Numbered from the stretch's first letter, positions 13,677 through 27,975 are shown. The stretch is DNA of 64,000 nucleotides from Paragordius varius (GCA_964247055.1 OZ176057.1:2418001-2482000); one strand, 5' to 3'. Notes: a model not told the origin generated them from the sequence alone. Numbers and translations: made by a program.

Positions 13677-15198
13677 TTAAAGAACAGCTAATGCTGAATT
13701 ATAAGCCAAGCACAATGATCCTGATATATTTATTTTTTTCATTAGGATATTTTTGTGTCTGTGATCAGTTTACAATTTCAAATATAAGTTCTATTACATG
13801 CACGATAGATATAAATTAACGATAAAGAACCTAAAAATAAGAAAGCTAGAATATGTATTATTTACATTTTTTGAACACGATTACATTTTGGGGTAGTTAT
13901 ATCCCAGAGCAATACTGTATTTTATTTTCTCTTGTATATAAAAAATTTTTTTAATAAAAATTAACTTTTAGACTCCAAAAATAGCTCTAGAACCTGATTG
14001 AAACAACATAATATCCACAAAAAATAAATTAATATAATATATATATTATGATAGAAAAATGTATCAGGATAATCATGGTGCATTTTAGTTTAACGAAAAA
14101 CCTAAGAAAGTTATTCACACTAAAAGCACAATTTGCACACGTTTTTTCATATAAAATCTTTTGGTGAAAGCTAAATTTCTGACTCGATAAAATCACAAAG
14201 ATAAATCATATACTAGCTAGAAAAGCACAACATTAAAAATTTAATTTTTAGCTCTGCCTCCAGTCCTAATTTTTTTCTCTTCTAAAATGGGACATAAAGG
14301 CAAGTATGGCGATGCGAGATAAAAAGGCTATATATATACTGTGTCCAAATTTGGGGTGTATGGAATTAGCTAATCCTTTTAAAATAAACGCATTAACTGA
14401 AATTGCGCGATAAATATTTTATACTCAATTCGATATTAAGCTAAAATATATGCATTTATAAAAATTTGATTTTTAGCAAAATTCTGAAGCAGCTTTTTAC
14501 TATTTAGGGCATGATGAAAACGGCTTAGAAAGGCTTAAAAATATTAAACCTTTTTTCTATATATTCAATGATGCAGATCATTCCTATTACATCAAATTCG
14601 TAATTTAAATATTTGATGTCTTCAAATTTATTTAAACCAATATTGTGTTATTTTGCGAACTTAAATCAATATTAACGTAATGATCATTTAAATTAAAATT
14701 CCTAAGCGATAGAAATACTCAGTATTATTGAATGATATATAGAAGGGTAGCTATAATATTTTAAAGCGTTTTATGCCGATTAATATAAGGTACACTTCAA
14801 CACAATGGTAAAAATTAAATTCTTGAATTAGCATATTCAAAACTTTTACACAATCCCGGCATTTTTGTTTTTTAAACGGATTTGTTCATTTTAGATGAGA
14901 AAATATTTGGGACTTTTAAAGCCGCATTTAATAAATTATTTAGCTTCTTTATAGTTGTTGATATATTTTTGTGATATTTTTAAAATAAAGTTCTAGCTTT
15001 CAAAATTTTAAAAAACGTGCACAAATTTCGCCATTATTTGATATCGAGAATTTGCCACAATAGTGTTCAATTCTTAAATTACTTGTGAGAGTGAATATTA
15101 GGAGGATCATAAAAAGCTTTTATATTTGGCATCTGAATAAAAAAACAAAATCAGATTAATAGTTTTATATCCCAGACCTTTATGCAAATAACGTACAG

Positions 15199-16635
15199 CA
15201 GTGATACTCAAACCGCGGCCCGCATGCGGCCTTAAGTATGATTTAAAAATGCCCTATGACCATTTTGATACTGAACTACTTTTTTTATTGATAAATTTTT
15301 TAAATATACATAAACGAATTTTCGCTTATTTAAATATTAATTTATTTCCTTACTTTAAATTTGGTAATTTATTTTTTACCGAATTTGTAATTTTAAAAAA
15401 TTTCACTACATTAAAGAGATTTCAAAATTTTAGCACACGTTGTTTCTGTATTCTATTTTTTTTGAAGTTTTTTTTTTGCATTCCTTTTATATTTAAGCAA
15501 GCCTTTCACCCAAACTTGCATATACAAATTCTTTTCATTGCTATCCTGCATCATTATTTATAACTCACCCATCAAATATTTTTCAAATCTACATCATTAA
15601 TTTTCGGCCTGTTTTTTTATAGCATAATTCAAATTATATTTCCATTTTGAAAAACTACAAAATATTTAAACATAAATTCAAAGGATGACATCAAATGCTA
15701 AAAAACGTAAATCATCCGATCAAAATCACTCCTTTAAAAAGGAATGGGAAGAAAAAATTTTTGTCGTTTTATATAAAAATGTTGTTACCTGCCTTATGTG
15801 TAAGGACAACTTAATCATAAAAAAATACAATATTGGAAACTTCAACTTTCTAAATCAATATGTGCTCGACGCATGGAATATTCAAGTATTTTTAACAATA
15901 CATTATTGGCTCTGAAAAACTGCAAATATTTTAGTATTGCTATTGATTCTACCACTGATAATAATTCACCACCTCAATGTGCGCTCTTCGCGAGATTTTG
16001 CACAGCATAAGAAATATTTAAAATTTTTACCAATCAATAATACCACGAAAGAAAGTGGTTTTTGGGAATAATTAGCATTTTTTTCGATAAAGGAATATCT
16101 ATGATAAAATTGGTTTCGATATGAACAGATGGATGTCCCTCTATGTTTCGAATAAACAAAGGATTTATTCCTTTTTTAAAAAACAAATTTAATTTGCAAA
16201 ATATTTTATCCTTTTAATGCTTAATTCACAGCAAAACTTGATCTCGCGTGTAATAGATGAATCACACAATTCAGTAATTAAAATCGTTGTGGATATAGTT
16301 GATCACCTCCGTGGCAGATAATTCAACTGCCGTATCAAAAACTTTCTGAAAGATATCCACAATGAGTTTGATGATATTCATTTGTACACTGCTGTGAGAT
16401 GGCTAAGCCTTAAAGTACTAAATAGATTTTTGGACATGAAAATCTATTATTTATAAAAGACAACAGAAAATTCGACGAGGAAATTGATAGTGAAAAATGG
16501 GGGTTATATTAGCCTACCTTTGGAATACTTATAAACTTTAATCAAGTCTTCAAGAGAGCAGATAATTACTTAATTTGCCAATCAAATATTTGCTTTTGAA
16601 AAAAATTTATAATAAAATAAAGATTTTGACATAGA
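15199..16635 (+). mobile_element. hAT (Buster/SPIN/Charlie-type) transposon copy 1, 5' part with decayed transposase
   Basis: TIR CAGTGATACTCAAACCGCGGCCCG preceded by the 8-mer ACGTACAG; fragments MTSNAKKRKSSDQNHSFKKEWEEK..CLMC and LYTAVRWLS; many stops and frameshifts. Confidence 0.88.
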
Positions 16636-16894
16636 GGGAACCAGAAATAAAAAGGCTCAACCATAGCGTGGTAAAATTGCTTTCATTTTTATAACATTGA
16701 TGGCTGTAAATTATAGATTTCGGAATTTTTTGTTATAAGATGATTATAATTTTTGAAAAATATATAAATACTTTTATATTTTACTCCATTAAATGAATAA
16801 TTGAGATTTTGTTTCCACTTCATTATAAATTTTTTATCCATAAATATTTATGGCATATTATTAAAATCTCTTTGCAGTTTTCTACCATGAAAGA

Positions 16895-17200
16895 AAATCG
16901 GGGCCCACGGACCCTAATCAAAAGTACTGAAAACATGTAAACTAAGACCAGCTCTAACCTATGATTCGAGTATTAAACGCAACATATCATACAAGACTCC
17001 AAAATAGTTAAAAACCGAATTAAAAGTTGTTACCGTATATTAGAAATGTCATTCAATAAAAAAACCGATAAATTTGTATACAGTAATTAATGATAATAAA
17101 GATCAACTAGGTAGGTTACCAAATCAACAATTGTAACAAAAAACTAATCAAGAGTTCTGACTTTTGTCTATATAAATTTTAAGAACTGAAGGTTATAACT
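16895..17200 (+). mobile_element. Possible highly decayed RTE-like LINE remnant
   Basis: Weak by-eye resemblance of KVLKTCKLRPALTYDS and CYRILEMSF to the post-RT motifs of RTE-clade ORFs; interrupted by stops. Confidence 0.25.
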
Positions 17201-18166
17201 GGAGGAAGGCCTGGATATCTTTGCATTTTATTATAAGTGTTCTATAAAATATTTATTACTAATTTAATAGCGAACCTAACATTATAATTTAAATATTCAA
17301 TTAATATTAACTTTGTACAAAAAAATAATTTAGTGTTTATTTTGTGACTTTTTTTGCCTATTGACTATTCTTTGTCGAAAACCATCACAAACAACAGATT
17401 TTTCCATATTAATTTCACAACAGTCTAAAATTTTGTTAATTATATCTTTACAGTTTTCTTCTTTAAAATTATTTTCTACAAATTTTATTATAATAGTTTA
17501 CCGTTAAGGCATTTTTGAAGCTTACAAACTAAGTTTTTGCACGGATCATACATACATTACCAATATGATAATATATATAACTGAAATAAATAATTGCATT
17601 GATTACTTTTTACTAAGTTTAAGGGTTGTTTCCTAGTTTCAAAGTTTAATTTTAAAAATTATTGTATCTGCCTAAATTATATTATGGTTTTAGCTTTTTG
17701 TGCGCAGTATTCAAAAGTTTATCTCTTTTTCGCTGCTACTTTCTCATATTATCTTAAAACATTATTACCTTTTAGGGTATTTTTTACCTGAGACATTTAA
17801 AATTTGAGCTACAAAGTATTAAAGGTATTAGGCCGATTAAAATGCGTTTTTTTAGTCTTTTCATATTATAAAAAGTTTTGACTAAAAATTAAAATTGCGA
17901 AAATTTCCTGCCATATTTTTTTAATCGTAATGCAACAGGCAAATATATTGTTTATGATTAAAAAATGTATAAACTTTAAAAAGCTTCAGGATATATTTAC
18001 AAAAATCAAGTATAATTTAATTTTAATATCATCTTATTAATCCAATGATGTGTTGGGGATGTCCCAATGTTAGGCTCTAATTCTCATAACTGTTAAAGAA
18101 ATTTATATCTAATTTATGAAAACAATGTTGTTAGTTAAATTTTAATAAAATAACAAAACTGTACGT

Positions 18167-18917
18167 CAGTGGTCACCAAAAAAATTTGACGGGCCAAATA
18201 AAATATATTTTTTCTCGAGGGCCATGAACCTTATAGTGGGAAAATTCCATAGCTATTTAACACATATGCACATATTTATACTCTTAATCACCACAATGAA
18301 TTTTTTGCGGATCTCATGCACCAACTAAAAACTCGTTTTGCACCATTTATTTTAAATAATAAAATATTTTGATAACATCATTTATTTTGATATTAACCAA
18401 TAATTTTGGACAAATTTGGTTTTGTCTCATGAAAGGCCAATTATACGTCGTCCATAAAATCATCGGTTAATCGATTTCTGTATGCCTTCTTGATACTTCA
18501 TTTTTGAATATGCCGTCTCACGCGTGTTAGTTGAAGGAAAAACTGAGGATAATTTGAGCACATTTTTTATATTTTATATTTATTTGGCACATCTTGCCTA
18601 CATATTTTTCTTCCTTGCGATTCTCATTGAATATAGCCTCTCAATTAGAATCATTTTTAAAATCTAATAATTCTTCAATGATATGCGCCTGATAAACCGA
18701 AATGCTCAAGATGCTCAATATTGGATATATCCATATGCCATGGTTTCAACGTAATTTAAGCAATTTTTAATATTATTTAATACATGAAATCTAAATTTTT
18801 CAACAGATAAAAATGTTAAATGATTGTCTATGATTAAATTAATCTACAGGTAAATTCCATATTTTCTTCATGCATCGGTTTAAGTGTTGAAAAATATAGG
18901 AGAGTTTTATTCATAAA
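18167..18917 (-). mobile_element. hAT transposon copy 1, 3' part in inverted orientation
   Basis: Reverse complement of 47910-48638 (3' end of the intact copy, including the remnant of the C-terminal dimerisation domain); begins CAGTGGTCACC and is preceded by CTGTACGT, the reverse complement of the 5' TSD. Confidence 0.88.
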
Positions 18918-19861
18918 GGGTCGGGTGATAAAAAAAATTTGACTTGACTTGCAAGTCTTTCAAGTCATGGCTTGCTTTCATGTGATAAAAAAATTTAACA
19001 TTCAACTTAAGTCAAGCAAGAAAATTTGATAAGGAGGTGATAAAAAATCATATGTTCAAATAAAACTTAAAGATTTCGCAAGTGTGTAGGGCACACTTGA
19101 CAGATTTAAAAATATGGATAAAATTATTTTGGAAACTATTTATGTACAAAATTTAGGTTTTATATGTAATCAAACCTTTGTTAATGCTATAAATTGTTAA
19201 TTTTATAAATTTTGGCTAATTAATCTATTCATTGGGTGGATACAAAAGAGGATAAATTTATAGAAAAACTCTGCTAATATTAAATAACATGGCATATATA
19301 AATATGCTAAATATATCAATTCCGTGACCGCAAAAAGTTGGATTCTCGAAAATTTCTTAAAATTAATAATTTTATATTAATCTTGAAAAATTTCAAATCT
19401 TCGTTTATTTAAAGCAAAAGGTTGCTTCACTATTAACCAATGTAAAGAATTTATTTCATCATAAATTTAAACATCTTTTCATTATATTTGCAAATGGACT
19501 CCAAACAAAATGTAGTGTGATAAATAAATGGAAAATGTTTTAAGGGTGAATGGTTTCATCAATCTAAAAATTATTAGCAAGCTCAATATTCAAAAAATTC
19601 TATTATAATAAGATACTTGCCAGTAAGTTTGATATACGTTAATAAATGCATATAGTATTAATTGTTTATCTTTTTGTGCTTTATTTCATAAATTTTGGCT
19701 GAAAGTGATCAAAATAATTTCTTTACATTCATAATCAAAAGACTTGACTTAGTGTTTTTTTATCACCGATCTTCAAGTGTACACTTGCTGCCTTAAGTAA
19801 ACTTGCTTAACTTGCCACGCTTGACTTACAAGTCAAGTGCGACTTTTTTATCACCCCACCC
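18918..19861 (+). mobile_element. Unclassified non-autonomous DNA transposon family C, copy 1
   Basis: About 40-bp imperfect TIR GGGTCGGGTGATAAAAAA..ACTTGACTTG / ..TTTTTTATCACCCCACCC; internal GTGATAAAAA and ACTTG repeats; collinear with 43867-44894; no ORF and no matching TSD. Confidence 0.85.
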
Positions 19862-20321
19862 CTGGTTTTAAGATTCAAAATTTTATACAAAACACAAAAA
19901 CTTTCACACAAAAAGAGTGAGATGACACAAAATATACGGGTAAATGTTATTTTAAATAGAAGATGTGCTAATTTTAATGCAACATTTTTTTATTATATAA
20001 TAAATCTTTTTTAAAGTTTCTTTTGTTAAATATCTATTGTTTCAATTATACCAGCTTTCAGCAAGACTCTATAGACACTGATATAAAATAATAAAATATA
20101 ATGCAAATGCTCCATTCAGATACCTCAAAAATGTTAATATTTTAGCGACATCAAAATCAAAATTTCGTATAAAATATTTTCCACAATCAAAAACCGAGGC
20201 TTAACTTATATTTTTTCTTATTTAATAGCTTTTTAAATTAGATGTCCATATAATATCAAATTTATTTATTTCATATAGATAAAATATTTTATATCACATA
20301 TTACATTGCTCTAAAAACTAT

Positions 20322-23300
20322 TTATTGAGGTGGAGTTACTGTATACATTGATTTCGCTTCTTTCTTTTTGATGTAATAGCTTATTACCATGGCCACTCCA
20401 TAAATCTATTATTTTTATAGATGTAATAAAGCATTTAAAATTACAATTACTATCTAAATATAATTATAGATATATATTTTTTAAATACTACATCATTGCT
20501 TTTTGGGGTGTATTTCTACTGCTATTTAAGGTTTAAACCAGAGGTGTCTAACACAAATGGCTTCGAGGGCTGCATTTATCAAATACATATGAGCTGTAAA
20601 AAATATTATATACCATTTACAATTCAAATTCATCCCCTTGAACCATTCAAATTCACCCTTAAACAATAAATTTTACCCTCAAACAATTCAAATTCACCCT
20701 TGAACAATTCAAAATTTCCCTTGAACAATTTAAATTCACCCTAAAATAAATTATATGTTTTTTAAGATTAAAAATTACCTATGCTTTTATATATTTTTAT
20801 ATAAAAATAAAATTTTGTTTTAAATTAAAATAATATTGAAAAAATAATAAATTATGCCATAAGAAATATATCATATTAATAATGATTATATTAGTTTACT
20901 CATAATTTATTTTTAGGATCAATTTGAATTATTCGTGGGTCAATTTGAATTGCTCAAGATTTGAACTGTAAATGGTATATTAGATTACTAACATAAAATT
21001 GTAAAATGCAAACTCAAAAGTGAAATTTTGTTGTAGTTCTTGCCAATTATTGGATAGACTTATTTAGAAAAAAATTCTTAAGCTATAACGATTTTGTTAA
21101 GATTTTGTGAGCATATTTTTGTAAAATCCAAATTTTCGCGGGCCTCACTTAATCCCCTCAGAAGCCGAATGTTGAACACCCTGCTTAAGAATTATAAACA
21201 TCGCCAGTTATTTATTATTGATAGCCGGATTTTATATTCAGTAAAGAAATTCATTATTGAGGATTAACATGAGAAAGCATATTAAATTGAGGGTGTCCAA
21301 CACAAAGGGCCTACTGTGATATATATGGGACATTATTAAATATTTTATTATATATCAAACATAAGGCTGTCAAATACATAATAACATTGTTGATTATATA
21401 AACTTATTATTAGAATATTGATTTTGCTAAAATTTTATGAGCATATTTTTGCAAATTATGGATTTCCAAATTTTTTATTTAAATTTTAGGAATACATTCG
21501 TAATTGAATATGTAAACTAACATATGTCTATATCACTATGTTAAAATAATTGTAATTTTTTTCCAAGATTATAACAATGGGTAGTAAGTAGTTTTATCAA
21601 TCACATTATTAATTAATATGCTCCACTTTGCGGATTAAAGTATTTTTATGAAAGGTTTGATTGATTTATATTGTTTCAAAAATTATTTAATATTCATTTA
21701 TACTTTTTTGAATAAATATTATATATTCAAAAAAGCTTACCAGAATTAGCGCCATAAGGATGCTAGATATACCATTGCCTAAAATGCCAACGGAATCTCT
21801 CTACAAATTATAAAACATTTTTTTTTTCGTAATAATTAATGACTTAAAAAAATAATTTTATATAGTGAGAGGTTAATGCAAAAATTATACCGAATAAATT
21901 AGATTTATGAGCCCAGATATAATCATGATGGTTATTGCTTTGGGTAATGTAACCATCCATGGCATAAATAAGTGTCGCCTATTCTATTTAATAAAAGTAA
22001 TAAAAAAATTAAATTTTAGATGAATTAAATAATCTACGTTTATTAAGTTACAATGTCGAAAATAAAAAGTGTATTTAAAAGTCTCTTTATGGGTGTAGAA
22101 TAAAATGAATTTATAGTTTTTTTGGGCAAATTAATTTATTTTGCGATTTCATCAAAAACTTGTACGTAAACAAATAAGTTTATATGCACCAATTTATATT
22201 CTTTTTAACGAAAATTGATTCTCTGTATATTAAATTTAAAATTGCCATATATAAAATATTCAGACGGCAACTTGTTTTTATATGTTTTTAAGAATCGCAA
22301 CAAAATAGTTTATTTGATTTAACACTTTGTGACTCTTTTGGGTAATTTTATATCCCAGAGCGATTTGAATTCATAAACTTAAAAATATGACTTTAGCCTT
22401 TTAGGCGCCCAATATATTTTTTTGTTAAAAATGTAAATTAATAAAATCCTCATCTCAAACATTTTCAGCTTTAATTTTAAAAAAATTTATATCACTAATA
22501 AAGTAGGCAATAAAATAATGGTTATGATAATTATTAACTCAACTAAGTTAAAGGATGCCTTTTTACCAGTAAAAATTCAATATTTATTAATCTTAAAACA
22601 GCTGTTTAGTTCAATTTCAATCATGTGTGTTGGAACTGTCCCAATTTTAGTCTCTTAAGGTTACAAAACTATAAGCTTTTTTATCTAATACAGGAGAACA
22701 ATGTTTGATGATTAAATTTTATCTAAAACAATTATTAAAATATAATTTCGTTACAAAATTGTCGGATATAAAACTAACTCAATATGTCACCGCGAACAAA
22801 AAAGTTAAAAGGCATTTAGTGTTAAAAAGGCAAACTGAATGAAATGGATACTTCATTAATTATAAATATAAGAATACCTTACTGAATAAATTCCATTGAG
22901 AAGTGCTATTGAAGTTGCGACCATAATGATTGAATAAAACAAGTTTATTGACCATGCTATGTTAAACACTTGAACAAAAAAAACATTAATACATATTATA
23001 AAAATGAAATTTTTTAAACAAAAAAAAATTAAATAATAAATACTTTTTCCCTCTTTCCGGGTCCATAAATTGGGATAATTGTTACGAAGGCGATTATACC
23101 AAACAAGCATAAATATGCGTGTAAACACATCTATCACAAAATAAATCTAAACAGAAATGAAAATTTTTTTAATACAGTCATGTATCCTTCCTTTATTATA
23201 TCAAAAATTTATTTTTTTTTCGTTAAATGACTATATATGGTAAAGAATGGAAAAAACACGAGCTCTATGGTATTAACATCATATTTACAAGAATTACCAT

Positions 23301-24008
23301 AGAGCTCTTATTTTTTCCATTCTGTAACAAATATTTATACCCGTATAACGAAAGAAAATAAATTTTTGATAAAATAAAGGATACATGACTGTAATACCGT
23401 AAAGAGAGCTTTTATTCTTCATTTTGGTATTTTAATTGGTTAGGAGGGGTTATTTATACGTTTGTTGCCATATATGAGATTTTTCGTTTTTATTAGGTAT
23501 ATATTAGAAAATTGTGCAATTTTTTTATTAAAATATATAAAGAATGAAAAAAAAATCTTATTCATTGTAATATATATGCAATTTAAACCCCTTTTACCCA
23601 TTTATAATAACGGAAATGGCTATAATAATAGCTCTCGTTATTATACACTAAAAAATTCAAATTAAACATTATTTAATTTTGAGACGAATTCGTTTCAATA
23701 TTGAAAAAAGTGCGCATAATACCCATATATTACAGTCTAAATTTATATTGCTTGTTTTGTAGTAATTTTTGCCAGACAGCCCTATAAAACAAAGCAGTTA
23801 TTTTTTCACCAATATTAAAGCATCTTGCTATTTATGCCATGTGGCAACATTATTCAATATAAAACCAGCAATGTAAAATTACTCAAACTGTATTTTTTTT
23901 TTAAAAAAATTATAATTGTTATAAAATTACCAGGGTGACATATGACGTCAGAATAGCCCCAAATTTAAGCGGAAAGCAAAAAAGAAATTTTTGTAAACAA
24001 AGGCGCAT
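20322..24008 (-). CDS. Four-transmembrane membrane protein, LAPTM4/DUF4728-like, paralog A (167 aa)
   Basis: Exons 24008-23931, 23146-23044, 22968-22883, 21983-21891, 21800-21741, 20405-20322, all GT-AG and in phase. Protein MRLCLQKFLFCFPLKFGAILTSYVTLIYFVIDVFTRIFMLVWY..IALLNGIYSNRRHLFMPWMV..IYGVAMVISYYIKKKE..PPQ has four hydrophobic spans, an N-terminal CFPL.G motif and a G....R..L.PW motif. Confidence 0.82.
20539..21183. mobile_element. hAT-type MITE family D with a nested family A copy (20613-20975)
   Basis: CAGAGGTGTCTAAC...GTTGAACACCCTG termini; family A inserted in the TA-rich interior. Other D-like copies at about 21288, 25220-25431, 32659-32789 (TSD ttttagaa/ttatagaa), 49087-49325, 50399-50650 and 51307-51595. 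Confidence 0.75.
23175..23391. mobile_element. Tc1/mariner-like hairpin MITE family B
   Basis: TA|CAGTCATGTATCCT...AGGATACATGACTG|TA; nearly the whole element is an inverted repeat with AGAGCTCT in each arm; copies 34251-34496, 37934-38072 (internally deleted) and 48707-48940. Confidence 0.9.
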
Positions 24009-24822
24009 ATTTTAACTAATTAATCTTAGGGGGAAAATAAAATACTAAATCAAAATTAAACATAATAATGGGAAAGATTTATGTGTATAGTTATATAAAA
24101 TAAATGTTAAGATCCAAAATCCTTCCAGGTATATAGAAAATATATGATATTTACCCGTTTTTTTACGTTGTATTTTATTTTCAATTGTTTTATTATTCAT
24201 TACATCATTATTTTAAATAGATTTTAGTATGATTTCCTATATCAAAATAATCTTATAATATAACTGTTACTTCTATTTTCTCGATTAAACCACTATCATC
24301 ATGATTGTAATTATTTATTTTAGCCAGCCTGGGATCACAACCAAAACCGTCAATGTTCCTTGGTTCACAAATAAATTTTTTATGGCAATATCCATATTTG
24401 TGAAAAAAGCAATCTAATTATAACATGTTACATTGCACAAGAATTAGAAAAATGGTTTCAGTTTTCGTAGAGCTAGATAACGTAGTAAAAAAATGATTAA
24501 TATATAAAATCTATATTTTCAAGGTTATAAAAAGTAGAAATTATTTTTTTACGATTAACCGCGATAGGGATTTTACTGTTGGGTTTAAGCCTATATTAAA
24601 ATATATGTTAAGCTTTAAAATGGTAAATAGTCCATTATTAAAAATAACAAATTAGCGCACATATGGTAAATAAAATTCTAACAGGTTCACTTTAATATTT
24701 TAAGAGAAAAACAATATCAATAATTCAATTCATTTATTAGGTATGGAAAAAAATTCAATTTTGTCATATAATTCTTATTTTTCCATAACAATTTTTATAT
24801 GTACAGTGGACCAAACCAGGGA

Positions 24823-24854
<32 letters not shown>

Positions 24855-26444
24855 CGCGCTAAATTGGGAGGTATAACTTATATTCTAGTGAAATAATATA
24901 TAACCTGTTAGATAAATGTATCAAGATTCTCATGATGCCTTTGGTTTAGACGAGTGGTATTTTATTTACAATTTTGTGGCAATTGCTTGATATCGGAGAT
25001 CGAAAAATAAGCCCTCATTATGCTAAATATAATTTTTCTGGTAAAGGCTAAATTTATTTTAAAATTTTATTAAAACATGTCATAAAAAATACTTGAAAGG
25101 AAAACAAATTTTTTTTGTAAAATAAGACGTATGGCAAATTAAAAACTTCCCCTAGCGAAAAAGGACTAGTGCTGATTTAAGATTAATTTTATAATATGTT
25201 AGATTAATGATATTTAACGGAATTCCCGGGCGGCTTTTGGATTTAAAAAATCAGCGGGTGTCATATGAAATATATATGGACATTAATAAAATAATTTATG
25301 AGATTTCAAACACCTAAAACGCGAACACAAATAGGATTTTTGCTAATTAGATAGACTTATTTACATTCCATAATTTTGCAAAAATTATTCCACACATAAA
25401 ATTTTGGAGAGTCGTATGATGGACACCCCTGTGCTAGATCATGGCATTAATTAAAATAATTTTGAAAACATGCATCCAATTTTGCATTTGAGCAAAAACG
25501 TTGAACTGTACTAAATGGTATAGAAACGCTTAAGTTAAAAGCTTATTTCTAATATAAATCAATGCCTCTCTTATCGTTTCAAAATTTTGATTAAAAAATT
25601 GCTTTTAAAATATAAGATAAATATATATTGCGTTTATTCATTATATTTTTAATTTAAAGCTAGCTAAGCATTTTTTAAAAATTCTGAGTGATAGAAATGG
25701 TAAGCATTACCGAATTATATATAGTAAAAGTGTCTTAAATTATCTTAAAACAGTATTACCATGTTCTAATATACTAGGAACCAAAAATATTTAAGGCAAA
25801 CTATGCTTTTCTTAGAAAATTTCTGTATCGCACTATCTCGAAATTGTTACCTTAAAATTTTTTTAGGATTTTAAAAATTGCGACTTTAGGTCGCAATAAA
25901 CATGGCCCTGTTTTTTCAATATATTCCACAATAATTTTAATAATATTATATGAAAGAAATTTTTTAGTTTTATAAAAAAAATTATTTATATAATGTGCCT
26001 TACTTTTGCATATGATCAGCTCTAAAGTATAAAAAATTTTCCTGTATAGCTCGTAATCTGCAATACAATAGCACAAAGAATACTGATGCAGTATCCTATT
26101 AGATTATTTTCAATCATGATTTTTGTTTGGTTGTGCTCTATATTAGGTGGAAACAAACTACGACAAAAATTTTATAACATATTAAAATAATTATGCGGTT
26201 AGATATAAAGGTGCAAATATTTTCTCTTAATTTGAAACAGTTAAATATTTTTTATCTCATTATTATTAATTAATATTTCACCAGATCTTGTTATTGTGTG
26301 AGTTGTCCGTGCTTATTATAAGATCACACAAATTTAAAAAGAAATAAATCTTTAAATATATAAATTATTAATTTTAATTTTTAATGGTGGCAAAAATGCT
26401 TTATCAAACAACATTTATTATCCTTTAATTTCAAACTATTTGAC

Positions 26445-27975
26445 CACTTCGGTTCAAATTTGGGTATGTTAATACCTCAAAAAAATTTAAGTTGGTATTT
26501 TAAAAAAATACTGAAAGAAACGGTATCAATTTATTATGCTTCCATCCTAATAAAAATTATATAATACCGTATTTGCTAAATAAAACTTAATTTTGGTGCC
26601 ATTTTTATTTTACAACATCTTTGCAAAATATCGTGTTTATTTAACACTTCGATTCAAATTGGGGTATCTAAATACCCCAGACTAAATTTGAGTTAGGATT
26701 TTTAGAAAACTACTGAAGGAAACGGTCCCAATTTAAATTTATGCCTATATCCTAATAAAAATTATATAAATATGCCAAAATATCTAAATAAAATTTTGTT
26801 TTGAAAAAAAAGTTCCATGTCAAACTACTTTCCGCCATTATTACAAAATTTTGCAAAATATCATTTTTATTTAATTCTAACGTTAAAATTAAAGCTAATT
26901 TTTATTTAATTACATATAACATTGATAGATATAGAAAAAGCTGTTTATTTAGAATTATTTTTCAATTTTACCATTGCACGCATGTCACGTTGACTATTTT
27001 TTTACCTTTCGGTTTTAGCTTAAAAAAGTAATATCAAGTATTTTTGAAATAAATTTTTTATATATTTGGGTTTGTTAATGTTATATAAGTGCAATATTTT
27101 GCCATGGTTGCGATTCCTTCCAAATTTTTTTAAGAATTTAATTTTGAACAGGCCTGGGGTATTTAACTACCCACATTTAAATCGAAGGACTAAAATGAAT
27201 GTATTGTATCAATTTTAAAGCCAAGAATTAAGATGAATTTTTATTTACACATCCATTGATAGAAACATAAATGTGGTTTAATTTGTATTTTTTATTAGTT
27301 TATCGATTGCGCACATGTCATTGACCAAAATTTTACCTTGTGGTTTTACCTTAAAATAAGTAAAATTAAGTATTTTTGATGGTTTATTAAATACTTTGGT
27401 TTATTTATGTTATAGATGTGCGAATTTTTGCCATGGTTTCAATTCATATATGAATTATTTTTTTTAACACGCCTGGATCCAACTACCCCACTTTGAATCG
27501 AAGGACTGAAATGAATGTGTTGTATCCAAGTAAACCATGGGAAAATTTTGACCCATTAAATCAAAATACATAAAAAATTTTATTGATAATGTAAAACCCA
27601 AAGGTAAAAATTCAGTCAACGTAACATATGTGATTTCGCTAAACGGAAAAATAATACAAAATAAACCACTTTATCTATTTCTATCATTGTTAAATATAAT
27701 TTAAATAAAAAATTAACTTAAAATTTAACGTTATAATTAAATTAACACGATATTCTGCAAAAATTTTGTAAAAAAAAATGGCGTCGAAGTAGTATGACAT
27801 GGAACTTTTTTTTCAAAACAAAATTGTACTTAGATACTTTGGCATATTTATATAATCTATATTAAGATAAAAGCAGAAATTCAAATTGGGACCGTTTTCT
27901 TAAGTAGTTTTTAAAAATGGTGATTTAATATTAGATTGGGGTATATATATACCCTAATTTGAATCGGTGTTAAAA
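26445..27975. mobile_element. Cluster of three family F piggyBac-like MITEs (one nested, one inverted)
   Basis: Copy about 26445-27532 is interrupted at a TTAA by a copy at 26645-27210; an inverted, truncated copy at about 27545-27970 follows tail-to-tail. Confidence 0.8.

Noticed and set aside
15201-15563. 120-aa Phe-rich ORF as a membrane protein
   Set aside because: It starts inside the hAT TIR, covers T-rich subterminal DNA, and is not conserved in copy 2.
15685-16630. Intact or domesticated hAT transposase (also 47312-48400)
   Set aside because: Multiple stops and frameshifts in both copies; copy 1 is split by an inversion and copy 2 has an internal deletion.
23599-23648. Extra hydrophobic exon (CIITRAIIIAISVIIN) in four-TM paralog A
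   Set aside because: Its 50-nt length would shift the frame, the acceptor is mutated in paralog B, and the protein is a coherent four-TM model without it.
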